Below, one piece after another: positions 27,701-39,545 of a stretch of 64,000 bases of DNA. Below the pieces are notes generated by a model. That model did no database searches. It saw nothing but the letters and a program-made list of their open reading frames with translations, and was not told the origin of the DNA. Every line of letters starts with the position of its first letter. The first letter of the stretch is position 1. The position numbers were made by a program, and so were the translations under genes. This DNA comes from Mobula hypostoma (lineage: Eukaryota), in NCBI RefSeq assembly GCF_963921235.1, contig NC_086097.1:142912001-142976000 (forward strand). Reading direction: 5' to 3'.

Positions 27701-28124
27701 CTTTTTTTTGTATTGGAAATGGTCAATTCTTATACAAAAATTCAATATAAGTAGGTAACACTTGCTTATATTTTCTCTCTTTAAATGCTGTGAGATCGCC
27801 TGGACCCCTGGATATTTACAGCATCTTTTTATTTTATAGTTTGATCAATTGGATCAAACTCCTTCCCTCCCCTCCAATTGGATGTGAAATAACTGTCAGT
27901 TCTAGCATTCCCTTTTCTCTTGCCTGTCTCCATTCATCTCCTGTATCTGTTTCTCTTTTAGATACATCATATGCAGTTGACATTCATTTTCCAATATCAT
28001 CTAACACCATCATCCTTTGTTGCATTAATTTTTCCTTAGGCTCCAAATTATCACTGATTCCCTTTTGTTTTCTCCACTCCTTCTCACCATCTTCAGTTCA
28101 ATAGAACATGCTTACTTTCTAACT

Positions 28125-28842
28125 GATAAACACAAGAATGTCTGCAGATGCTGGAAATCTAAAGCAACACACACAAAATGCTGGAGGAACTGAGCAGGTC
28201 ATGCAGCATTTATGGAAATGAATAAACAGTCGGTTTCAGACTGAGACACTTCGTCAGGACTGACTTGGAAGGGGAAAGATGCCAGAATAAAAAGATGAGG
28301 GGAGGGGAAGGAGGCTAGCCAGCAGGTGATAGGTGAAGCGAAGTGGGTGGGAAAGGTAAAGGACTGGAGAAGAAGGAATCTGACAGGAGAGGAGAGTGGA
28401 CCAAAGAAGAAAAGCAAGGAGAAAGGGACCCGGAAGTGATAGACAGGCAAGAAGAGGTAAAAGGCCAAAGTGAGGAATAGAAAGGGTGGGGGGAAAAGAA
28501 GAAATGTTTTTATCAGAAGGAGAGATCGCTACTCATGCCATCAAGTTGGAGGCTAACTACATGGAATATAAGGTGTCGCTCCTCCACCCAGAGGGTGGCC
28601 TCATCTTGGCACAAGATGAAGCCATGGATCGACATGTCAGAACAGGAATGGAAATCAGAATTTAAGTTTTGGCCACCAGGAAGTTCTGCTTTTGGAGGAT
28701 GGAGCGTAGGTACTTGATGGGTCTCACCAATTTAGAGGAGGCATCGGACACAGTAGATGACCGCAGCAGATTTTCAGGTGAAGTGTTGCCTTGCCTGGAA
28801 GGAATATTTGGGGCCCAGAATGGAGGTGAGGGAGGAAGTGCC
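28125..28842 (-). mobile_element. Penelope-like element 3' part (GIY-YIG end + pLTR with hammerhead motif)
   Basis: Minus strand reads TSSLTSILGPKYSFQARQHF...VIYCVRC..IGET. pLTR carries CAGTC CTGACGA..GAAAC.GACTG at 28227-28263. Confidence 0.85.
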
Positions 28843-29536
28843 TCATGAAACTAAATGTCTCAGGTTACTGACTGGAATAATAACTGACTTCCTGTCCACT
28901 ATGTGATGCTTCCTAACTTGGTAAGTATATCTAGCATTTTTCTGTTTTTGTTTTACAAGTTTGATTCTTGAGATGAAATGGTTATCTGAGAAGGAATGTT
29001 TGAATGATTGGTCTCTAGTTATTCTAGTTTCTAAGAGGTGATCCTGTTGAACCACAAGCTTCCAAGGGTTTGGCAAGGCAGATGATGAGAGGATGTTTCT
29101 ACTCATGAAGGAAATGTGGAACAACAGGCCGAAGTTTCAGAATAAGTGGCTGCCCGTATAGGATAGAGATGAGAACAAATTTCTTCTTTTAGAATTCTCA
29201 ACTCCAAACAACAGTGGAACTAAATCACTGGACATATTCAAGGCTGACATAGACTTTTCTCAACAGGGGAAATCAAAAATTACAGAAAGGTGGAGCTGCG
29301 AGCAGATTGAAATGATCTAGTATTTCATCGATTAGTGGATCAGTCTCAATGAGTCATCTGGCCTATACAGGTTTATATATATTTTTTGTGTTCCACTGAT
29401 TTTCTTATGCATCTGCCAAATGGGAATGGTTAAGTTATTTATGGAGTATGAGTAAAATTAATGCAAGAGCTGTAGATCAAAATATTTTTATATCTTTAGT
29501 AAAACTTTCAAAGCACTTCACCAAAGCATGATCAGG

Positions 29537-29697
29537 TATCAATTTTTCCAAATCAAAGTTCAAAGTAAATTTGTTATCAAAACTACATATATGTCACCAT
29601 ATATAACCCTAAGGAAATGAATCTCAGGGTTGAATATGGTGACATTTATGTACTTTATAATAAATTTACTTTGAACTTTGATTCAGAAAAATTGATA
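29537..29697. repeat. Palindrome made of two Rex1-type 3' tails
   Basis: Arms of about 60 bp, aatcaaagttcaaagtaaattt... and ...aaatttactttgaactttgatt, plus inverted flanks tatcaatttttc / gaaaaattgata. Confidence 0.85.
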
Positions 29698-30779
29698 TCA
29701 AATCAGTGAAGACATTAAAGTTGGTGAGTATGAAAATTAGATCAAAAAGAAAGGCATTAAGACTAGTAGATTCATTTTCACAGTAACAAACCTGCCATTC
29801 CAAAGTTGGGGGTAGAAAGACAGGGATATATTGGAGTCCACAATTAAATGAAAATAGGGGTAATACTGTAGAGGATTGTAGGATCAAGAATAGGATGGGG
29901 ATGAGAACAATGAAAAATCTGAGCGCAAAAAATACTAAATTTGATTCACTGATGAAACAAGAGCAAAAGTAGCAAAGAAAACAAGATAATACTACCTTCT
30001 CTTGTCTGTGAATTATTGGTAAATTAGTTGAGCTTTCTTAACAGATCGATTGTAACACATTTGTTTTAGAATGCCTGCCAGGCTTTCTAATGTATTAGAG
30101 GACATGAATGACCAATCTGAAGAACTGTACAGGTCAATAAATCTAGCCTAATTCCTCATTCCAGCAACGCAGCTTGTAGTGGTTACTTGAAAACAAACCA
30201 AAACCGCTTAGATACTAAACGCAGGGGATTGATACTGTATGACGTGCTATCAATCTAGTAACCAAGTTCCAATGTTGAAGTATACATTTGATCCTTTATT
30301 AATAAACTAGCCAAACAATTTTGAAATGATAAAACAAATGAAGCCAAAACTAGCGATTTAACAAAATAAACAGTATCAGTCTATTAAATGTACTTAAGCG
30401 TATTTAAATGGTCAACAAAAAAAAGACATCATATCCGGCCCACTCTCCAGTTCTACCCAAACTAAACTTGTCTAAAGATGAAGCATGAATATGTAACTAA
30501 ACTCTTTGTTTCTACCATGCCTCCACCCATGCAACTAACTATCAGTAAATGCGCAACACAAAATACAGTGCAGATAGAAAATAGATATATGGCTCATACA
30601 CGGGTCACAACTCCTTCAATACACATCCAAATACATTCATATATGATGAGTGTTCCTGATTCTACCATCTTTACAGGCAAATGTTACCCATCTCCCTTTC
30701 AATGTTTCTACTAGTTATTTTAAATCCATGCTCTGTTTTTTTAAAATTCTCTCCTAAGGGAGATTGTTAATTTTGCATT

Positions 30780-31960
30780 AAGGAGGTGCCAATCAATATT
30801 AGGGAAGCTGAAGTCAACAACCTTGTTATTTTTGCATCTCATGAAATCTGCTCCTCAGTGCCTCTGTTGCTGTTGGGCGGTGGGGGTGGGGGGGGGAGCC
30901 TACAGAGTGCTCCTGATAGAGTGATTGCCTCGTGAAATCTGCTTCTCAGTGCCTCTGTTGCTGTTGGGCAGTGGGGGTGGCGGGGGTGGGGGTAGCCTAT
31001 AGAGTGCTCCTGATAGAGTGATTGCTCCTTTTCTGTTTCGGACTTCAACCACACTGACTCAGTAGATGACCCCTCTATGGTATCACCCTTTTCTGTAGTT
31101 GTGATACTTTCCCTGATTAACAATGTCACTCCCCTACTGTTTTTACCTCCCTCCCTGTCCAAGTGAAACATCTGAACCTCGTAGCATACAGCAGCCATTT
31201 CCTGCCCTTGTGACAGCCACGTATCCATAATGCCACAGCACTGTAGTTTCAGATACTACTTGCACTACAATAGGCACATTTCAATCCATCCCATTGACTC
31301 CAATTCTGCCCTATCCTTCCTCACATTCTCTCTACATGGTTCATCTAGCTGTATACCAATTGCCCCATCCTCTGACCAGTCATTCTACTTCCCATTGTCA
31401 TGCCAGACCAATTTAAACCCTCCCCAATAGCTCTAGCAAATCTGCCCGCAAGGATATTGGTCGCCCTCTGGTTCAGGTGTAACATGCTTTTGTACAGGTC
31501 ATACCTTCCACAAAAGAGATCCCAATGATCCACAAATCTGAAACCTTGCCCTACGGTCTTCTGACTCTTCCACCAATCAACCTCTAAGATCTTTACTTCA
31601 TCCCTCCCATTCCAGGTTTCACCTATCACCTGGTTTTCCTCTCTCCCCTCCTCCCACTTTTTAAATCTACTCCTCAGCTTTTATCTCCAGTCCTGCCGAA
31701 GGGTTTCGGCCTGAAACGTCGACTGTAAAAAAGATTACTCCCCTACGCAAGTTCCTCAGCCACACATTCATCTGCCAAATCATGCTATTCTACCCACACT
31801 GGCACGTGGCACAGGCAGCAATCCAGACCTTACTAACCTTGAGGTCCTGCTTTTCAGCTTCCTACCTAGCTCCTTATATAATCTCTTCAGGACCTCATCC
31901 CTTTTCCTTCTAAGGGCCACTCTTCTTAAACTGCCAACTGCCGAATAAAGTATGATATCT
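30780..31960 (-). mobile_element. CR1 5' portion (ORF1 esterase end + APE start) with internal tandem duplication
   Basis: FVDHWDLF.GRYDLYK..LHLN..ATNILAGRFARA..EGLN and DREGGK..RGVTLLIRE motifs. About 90-bp duplication at 30838-31025. Confidence 0.8.
31560..31726 (+). mobile_element. Penelope pLTR fragment with hammerhead-like motif, inserted in CR1
   Basis: CAGTC CTGCCGA AGGGTTTCGGCCT GAAAC GTC GACTG at 31688-31725. Confidence 0.8.
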
Positions 31961-32083
31961 CAAGCCCACCAAAAAGTTCCACAAGGCCCCACTCATGTTT
32001 TTATCTGTAATAATTCAACTGGATTTTTATCATTATTTTTCTTTTAAAATTTAACCCACCATGGTGTTCTACAATACTCTTAC

Positions 32084-32179
32084 CTCATTGTCAGAGAAGC
32101 ACTCAATCATATCTGTGGCAAAATTAGCTGTTGTCCTGATTCTTACAAACACCTTCACACCTGTATTTTTGCTGTCCAT
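32084..32179 (-). CDS. KIF9: KIF9 first coding exon (ATG at 32179; exon starts 32185)
   Basis: ttttcag/TATAAC ATG...GAG/gtaag. Encodes MDSKNTGVKVFVRIRTTANFATDMIECFSDNE with the kinesin beta-1 VKVFVR motif and a KIF9-like FA.DMI. Confidence 0.92.
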
Positions 32180-32361
32180 GTTATACTGAAAATGGAATGA
32201 AGTACAAACATTAGAGAATGAAATATTAGGTATTCTTCCAGCTTCAAAACTCTAAGACCAGTGAAGCACCAGCTGTACTGTCAATAAACCAAGCCTCAGT
32301 GACTTAAATATTTATTGTCTCGAGTGGTTAAATTGTTAAAGGTCTCAAATACAGATATATT

Positions 32362-33995
32362 TAGAAACATAGAAAACCTACAGCACAATACAGGCCCTTC
32401 TGCCCACAAAGATGTGCCGAACATGTCCTTACCTTAGAAATTACCTAGGGTTACCCATAGCTCTCTATTTTTCTAAGCTCCATGTACCTATCCAGGAGTC
32501 TCTTAAAATACCCTATTGTATCTGCCTCCACCAGCATTGCCAGCAGCCCATTCCATGCACTCACCACTCTCTGCGTAAAAAAACTTACCCTTAACATCTC
32601 CTCTGTATCTACTTCCAAGCACCTTAAAACTATGCCCTCTCATGTTAGCCATTTCAGCCCTGGGAAAAAGCCTCTGACTATCCACACGATCAGTGGCTCT
32701 CATCATCTTGTACATCTCTGTCAGGTCACCTCTCATCCTCTGCCGCTCCAAGGAGAAAAGGCCGAGTTCACTCAACCTATTCTCATAAGGCATGCTCCCC
32801 AGCCTAGGCAACATCCTTGTAAATCTCCTCTGCACCCTTTCTATGGTTTCCACATCCTTCCTGTAGTGAGGCGACCAGAACTGAGCACAGTACTCCAAGT
32901 GGGGTCTGATTAGCATCCTATACAGCTGCAAAATTACCCCTTGGCTCCTAAATGAAGGCCTATGCACCGTATGCCTTCTTAACCACAGAGTCAACCTGCA
33001 CAGCAGCTTTGAGTGTCCTATGGACTCAGACCCCAAGATCCTTCTGATCCTCCACACTGCCATGAATGTTATCATAAATACTATATTCTGCCATCTTATT
33101 TGACTTACCAAAATGAACCACTTGACACTTATCTGGGTTGAACTCTATCTGCCACTTCTCAGCCCAGTTTTGCATCCTATCAATGTTCTGCTGTAAACTC
33201 TGACAGCCCTCCACACTATCCACAACACCCCCAACCTTTGTGTCTGCAGCAAATTTACTAACCCATCCCTCCACTTCCTCATCCAGGTCATTTATAAAAC
33301 TCACAAAGAGAAGGGGTCCCAGAACAGATCACTGAGGCACACCACTGGTGACCGACCTCCATGCAGAATATGACCCATCTACAACCACTCTTTGCCTTCT
33401 GTGGGCATGCCAGTTCTGGATCCACAAAGCAATGTTCCCTTGGATCCCATGCTTCCTTACTTCTCAATAAGCCTTGCATGGGGTACCTATCAAATGCCTT
33501 ACTGAAATCCATATATACTACATCTACTGCTCTACCTTCATCAATGCGTTTAGTCACATCCTCAAAAAATTCAATCAGGCTCGTAAGGCACGACCTGCCT
33601 TTGACAAAGCCATGCTGACTATTCCTAATCATATTATGCCTCTCCAAATGTTCATAAATCCTGCCTCTCAGGATCTTCTCCATCAGCTTACCAACCACTG
33701 AAGTATGACTCACTGGTCTATAATTTCCTGGGCTCTACCTACTCCTTTTCTTGAATAAGGGAACAACATCCGCAACCCTCCAATCCTCTGGAACCTCCCC
33801 CATCCCCATTGATGATGCAAAGATTATCGCCAGAGGCTCAGCAATCTCCTCCCTCCCCTCCCACAGTAGCCTAGGGTACATCTCATCCAGTCCCAGTGAC
33901 TTATCCAACTTGGTGCTTTCCAAAAGCTTCAGCATATCCTCTTTCTTAATATGTACATGCTCAAGCTTTTCAGTCCGCTGTAAGTCATCCCTACA
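32362..33995 (-). mobile_element. CR1 LINE 3' 1.6 kb, relatively well preserved
   Basis: SQHGFVKGRSCLTSLIEFFE, YMDFSKAFD, KFAADTKVGG, RPHLEYCAQFWSP and a (tctatgtt)n tail. Confidence 0.93.
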
Positions 33996-34439
33996 TTCAA
34001 TGGAGCAAGGGATATTAATTCAAAGATACAGAGGGCAATCTAAGTTAAGAGAATATTTGAACATTAGATCCAACACAAATTATTTCAGTAGCCACATCTT
34101 TTTAAGATGCCACGAAGATCTGGAGACTTGTCATCCAAAGCTCCAATAACGTATACGACTGCCCTGGTGAATGTAGCTTTCCTATGTATGCCGCCTCCAT
34201 CTTCCAATAGGAGTATAGCAAAAAGTTTTCCGTATGCCTTTCCACACCCCTTCTCACTGAATTATGAACAACTAAGCCCAGATAAAGCCAGTCTATATGA
34301 GTTTAGGATAAGATTGAAGAAGTGTTACCAAAGTATAACTGCTTTCTCTCTCTTTCGCTCTTTAAATTGAAGTATTGAAGACCTCGTCTCCCTCCCCTTC
34401 TTCCTCTGGCTCTCCTATCGCATTCAGAGAGCTCCAACT

Positions 34440-34870
34440 TGCCGCATTGGCATTGCCGGGCCAGTGATACCTTGGAAACTATACCCATGGTAACGGGGCA
34501 AGAGTGCTCTGCCATAGTGGATCCTCGCTGGTCTCGTTCAGTGTTATTCACGCGGGTTCCATTAACAGCACGCGGGCGGTCTGCTTACTCCTCTGCTCTC
34601 AGAGGTGACCACGGTTCGTTCCCCAACCCGCGTGCTGAGCGCACGCTGGCGACCGTTGCCATGGCACGGTCGCCGTGGAAACACGACGCGCGGTCGGCGA
34701 GGGAACATACCCGTCGTCAGGGGGTATCCCTGATCTGAGTCCCTTCGCTGAAGTGTTGCCGTTCCCGTTCGGTGCGGTGATTTGTTCAAAGGGAAATGAA
34801 GGCGGGAAAATAAACACTGCCAGAAGAGCCCAGAACAAAGCATATCTCTGGCCGTGGCAACAATAAATCA
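34440..34870 (-). promoter_or_regulatory. CpG-rich KIF9 promoter with RFX X-box cluster
   Basis: CpG-dense non-repeat patch. X-box-like 14-mers at 34466-34479, 34481-34494, 34655-34668, 34669-34682 and 34848-34861. Confidence 0.75.
34589..34654 (-). other. KIF9: Probable non-coding exon 1 of KIF9 (5' end uncertain)
   Basis: Donor GA/GTAAGC at 34589/34588 inside the CpG-rich patch. The ATG exon has an upstream acceptor, so an untranslated exon must exist. Confidence 0.55.
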
Positions 34871-35589
34871 CTGCCGATGCTGGAAGTCTGAAATAAAACA
34901 GAAAATTCTAACCAACAGTCGACTGACGCATTGACTTGATTCCCTCTCCATTCACCCCGTCTGACCTGCCGCGGATTTCCAACATATTCTGCTTTTATCC
35001 CTCCAGTAATGTTATTTAACTAGTTTTAGGTGGGGGAGTTTAGCCTGCGTGGAAATCTCGATCTTCAGTAAACAAGAACAAAATACGAATTGCTGGAGAT
35101 TTTTTTGCGAGTCAGGCAGAAGTTGGGGAAGAGGTTCCTGCATTAGGAATAAGCGCTGTTTCACTAACGAGAAATTGCGCGGGATTTATCATTGCGCTGA
35201 GTTGCTGAATTCTATGTGCATATAGAAGCATTTATAAACCTATTAAGATCTCTCGTATCTTAATAAACTGGCTAAACTGGTGGTGGTGGTCCCGGTGGTG
35301 GGTGGGGGGGGGGGAGTGGTTCTGGGAGCAAGACATCCATAGTGCGCCCATGTTTAGTTGGAATGCCGGAGGGCAGGAATGTGGCCCACTACATCCGAAT
35401 CGCTAGATACCATCAGGGAGATACCGCAGGTGGCGAGATGTGGCCTGCAAGAAAATAAACCAGAAAATACTGGAAATGCTCAGCATGCCGGGTCTTGTCT
35501 GTGGGAAGAGGAAGAGAACCGGTGGTTCAGGTTCAAGATTTTACTCATAAATCTGGACGATTAGCGGGCTTGGATTACACACTATTGCA

Positions 35590-36330
35590 GTAGAGCTACT
35601 AGGACTTGTTGTTTCAATCCCTATGGTAAATTGGCACTCTCGATGTTGGCAGTGGGTTTGGAGTGGTGACAAGGAGGGAGGGTAGGTACGTCATCGGGGT
35701 CATCAGGTGGGCATCTTCCTTCTTTGACGCTTGGTTGGTAAACCCACGACGTCTCCAGAGGGCTCAACAGTGCTACCTGGCGTCCCAGATACACCCCCCT
35801 CAGTTCCATATCCTCCTGTCTTCATCTTGCAGCCCAGTTTTTGTCTTTCCTTTTCACCCAAATCCAATTGCTGCTTTCTTCTGCTGCATTTGACAAGGAC
35901 TTGATTGCTTGTTGGAGGGAGTAACCCCTCACCCCCATCTTCTTCAATAGACTGGTCGTAGATGTAGCATCGAATCCCCTGCATCCCACTTCTACAGGGA
36001 AAATCTTGGTCTTCCTGCCATTCTGGGCAACTTCAGTTGCCAGTTCAGAGTACTTGGTCTTTTTCCTCTCATAATCTTCTTCGACACCATCTTCCCATGG
36101 TACTGTCAATTCCACAACATATGCCAGCTTGGCTGTTATGGACCACAGGACCACGTCTGGCCGGAATGTTGTAGCGGCAATGTCTGGGGGAAACACAAGC
36201 TTTTTTTCCAAGCCCACGTCCATTTTCCAATCCCGAGCAACCTGCAGAATGCTTACATCTTTTGATGTTATGTGGTGCTCTGGAGGTTGGCCTGCTGGTA
36301 CAAATCGTGTAATGTGGACATTTCCTGCCC
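35590..36330 (-). mobile_element. HERO/NeSL-type (restriction-like endonuclease) non-LTR retrotransposon 3' fragment
   Basis: ORF 35822-36223: RPDVVLWS...VELTVPWE...ERKKTKY...PVEVGCRGF, an RLE PD..(D/E) signature, followed by a 3' UTR. Confidence 0.85.
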
Positions 36331-36653
36331 ATGTTTGGAATAAAGTTTGAAGTTCACCATAACAAATCGAACCATTTCAGTTTTTAGCTGCTGTGTTTCT
36401 TTGTAATGGCACTTACATGCTGGGCTCAAGAGAGACCCTCTGTAATGATAACACTGAGGAATTTAAAGTTGCTGGCCCACTCCAGCTCCTATCCCCCAAT
36501 GAGGACTAGCTTATGGGTGTCTGGTTTCTTCCTCATGAAGTTATAATCAGCTCCTTGGTCTTGCTGACATTGAGTGAGAGTATTGCTTTACCACCTGTAT
36601 TTGGCTGCCAAGGTCAGTGTTTGGCATTTCTTCCCAGAACTCATCCATTAGTG

Positions 36654-37934
36654 TGTCATAAGGGGGGCACTGGTGAGTGGACCCAAATGCAAGACCCAGA
36701 CACTGAAGTACAAGGAACAGGACTTGACTAGAGTAGGGACGTGACAGGATACAGACAAGGAGCAGGGACAAGAACGCAGACTTGGGCTAGGACATTAACT
36801 AGACAGGGAACCTGGACAAGGAACGATGAACTAGGAGCCTGGGCTTGGAGTCTGAGCCAGAGACTGGACAAGGACCCAGAACCTGAGTCTTGCCTTGGGC
36901 TCAGACCCCAGAACCGGGCAAGGACATGACATGACTACAGCACAGGACATGGCTGGGGTCTTGAGGCTGGAGGCTGCAGGCTGGGGTCCTGAGGCTGGAG
37001 GCTGATAACTCGGAGGCTGGAGCTCGGAGACAGACTGGGAACTGTACATCAACATAGACCTGTGACTTATCCTTCGAAAAGCTGGGACTCATCTTTAACA
37101 TGACACTAACATGAGACTGGGCAGTACATAGACATAGAGCCGGGACTTATCCTTAGACAAGCCGGGACTCAACTTTATCTCCACACCAAGGTGGGACAGG
37201 TCCATCCGTTGGGTAACAGCAGAACGGCTGGACTTACCCAACAGAGGCAAAGACAAGACAAGACAGGCCCCTCTCCCCCGCAGGGCAATGGCAGAACGGC
37301 CTGACTTACCCCACAGAGGCGAGGACAAGAAGAGACAGATCCCCCCGCAGGGCAATGGCAGAACAGCCTGACTTACCCCACGGAGGCGAGGACAAGAAGA
37401 GACAGATCCCCCCGCAGGGCAGCGGCAAAATGGCCTGACTTACCCTACAGAGGCGAGGACAAAGAAGAGGCAAACACCGAAGAATGACAGACAGTTCCAT
37501 CTCTGCATCGGGGTTGCTCCGAGTCGCAGTTACGGCCAGCAACCTCAGCTGGCTATGGAAACAGCCAGATCCCTACCTAACTCGGAGTGGCTGATGGCCA
37601 CCCAACTGGCCCAGGAAACGGCTGAATCCATACCGCAAAGACAGCTCTGACTACCGACAACAAGGCTTCATGAAGCGATGGTTCTCCAACGCGGCCTAAA
37701 GATGGCAAGTAGCCGCTCTAACCTTCCACCGGCAGGTTGCTCCCAGGGGATCTTGACAAGACAAACCGGCAGCCCACACTCGAACCAAGGCTACTTATAT
37801 TCCAAGCCCCAAAATGGGAATCAGGTGCCTATGATTAACCCAACCGAAACAAAGGAGAACTGGAAGACCTGGAGTCTGAGTCCACGGACCAGATCGTGAA
37901 CCGGTATGCGGACTTCACGGATCGGACTGTGACA
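36654..37934 (-). mobile_element. Solo LTR (Gypsy-like) with internal minisatellites
   Basis: TGTCA...TGACA termini and a 5-bp TSD TAGTG (36649-36653, 37935-37939). TATAAG on minus near 37800. Confidence 0.85.
37218..37468. repeat. 67-bp tandem repeat (about 3.7 copies) inside the LTR
   Basis: Units start at 37290, 37357 and 37424, with a diverged unit from about 37218. Confidence 0.9.
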
Positions 37935-38129
37935 TAGTGAATTTGTGGTCCTACTTTCAGAGACAGAGTCAAGTTTATTATCTCTGATATTTGTTGTGAA
38001 ATTGTTGTTTCGAGGCAGCATTATGGTGCAAGAGGTAAGAATTATTATAAGTTATAAAAATAGTGCAAAAGAGGAATAATGAGGCAGTGTTCATGGACTG
38101 TTCTGTAGTCTGATAGTTAGAAATCTTGA

Positions 38130-39545
38130 TCTTGATCAACTGGGTAAGTGAGTCGAGGAACGGGATGTGGAGTTTAATTCTGGTAAGTGCAAGGTGTTGT
38201 ATTTGGGAAGACAAATCAGGTTAGGACTTTCACAGTGAATTGTAGGACCCTGTTGTTGTAGAACAGAAACACCTAGCAGTACAAACACATGGTTCCCTGA
38301 AAGTGGTGTTGCAGGTAGACAGGGTGGTGAAGAAGGCTTTACACATGTTGGCCTTCATCAATCAGAGCACTGAGTGTAAAAGTTGGTATGTTATGTTGCA
38401 GTTGTACAAGATGTTGCTGAGGCCACATTTGGAATATCGTGTTTGGTTTTGGTCACTCTGCTTTGAAATGCCCAGAGAGACTGCAGAAGACATTTGCAAG
38501 ATGTTGCTGGGCTTTCAGGAACTGAATTATGGAGAAAAATTGAGCAGTTTGGGATTTTTTTCACTGGAGCATAATAAAGTGAGGGGTGATATTATAGAGG
38601 TGTATAAAACTATGAGAGGCATAGACAGGTTGAATGCTCATAGACTTTTTCCCATGGTTGGGGAATCAAGCACTGGAAGGCATTGGTATAAGGTTAGAGG
38701 GGAGATTATTTAATAAGAACCAGAGGTGCAACTTTTTCCACTCAGAGGGTTCAAAGGGCAACACCAATAAAAAATAATATGTCATTGTATTCTTAATTCA
38801 AGTTTAAAGGTTAAAGGTTCACTTATTATCAAAGCATGTATCCATATACAACTCTGAAATTCGTCTTCTGCAGATAGCCACAAAAAAAGAAAGAACATGA
38901 AAATCGTTCAGTGAGAAACGTCAAACACACCCCCAACATGCACAAAAACGTCATCCCGATCATCAACCCCCAAACCCCCTCCCCCGCACAAAATGGAGCA
39001 AGAACATTGTCCACCAAACAACCCCTCCTCCGCACAAAAAAACTAACAATACAATAAGAATATTAACCACCAACCAGAAAAGGAACAGGCGAAAAAACAC
39101 GGACATAAAAACCATAAGTCTGAAAAAGTCCACAGCCCATAAACGCAATAGTCCAATCCAGAAACGCAGAACCATGAAACATCCTCTGACATTCATTGAA
39201 AGAGAGGGACACCACACAAGGCAGCGGTCTACCCACCTGTCACAGCGAGCCGCACAGCAATAAGCTGCTCTCAGATTCCTTCTCCGGCACTGATTGAAAG
39301 GCAGACAGTCAGGGCCGAACTCAGTGTTATTATATGGAAAGGGTGATCATTATATCGAATGAGTGGCCAGAAGGAATTGGTTGAGGCAGGTACATTAACA
39401 ATATTTGAAAGGTAATTGGATGGTACACAGATACGAAAGGTTTAGAGGGATAACGTGGAAATGGAAATAGCAATAGCTCAGATTGAAATCTTGACTGACC
39501 TGGAGCAGTTAAGCTGAAGAGCCTGTTTCTATGCTGTATAACTCT
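38130..39545 (+). mobile_element. CR1 3' part interrupted by a Rex1-type 3' UTR (about 38797-39320, minus)
   Basis: QVDRVVKKA...RPHLEY...RGDIIEVYK. CR1 resumes near 39320 and ends cctgtttctatgctgtataactct. Confidence 0.8.

Noticed and set aside
34303..34871. Several overlapping 60-100 aa ORFs
   Set aside because: Expected by-product of the GC-rich promoter, with no homology recognised.
37218..37468. Regularly spaced repeats resembling a CRISPR array
   Set aside because: Whole units repeat with no unique spacers, they sit within a eukaryotic LTR, and no cas genes are present.
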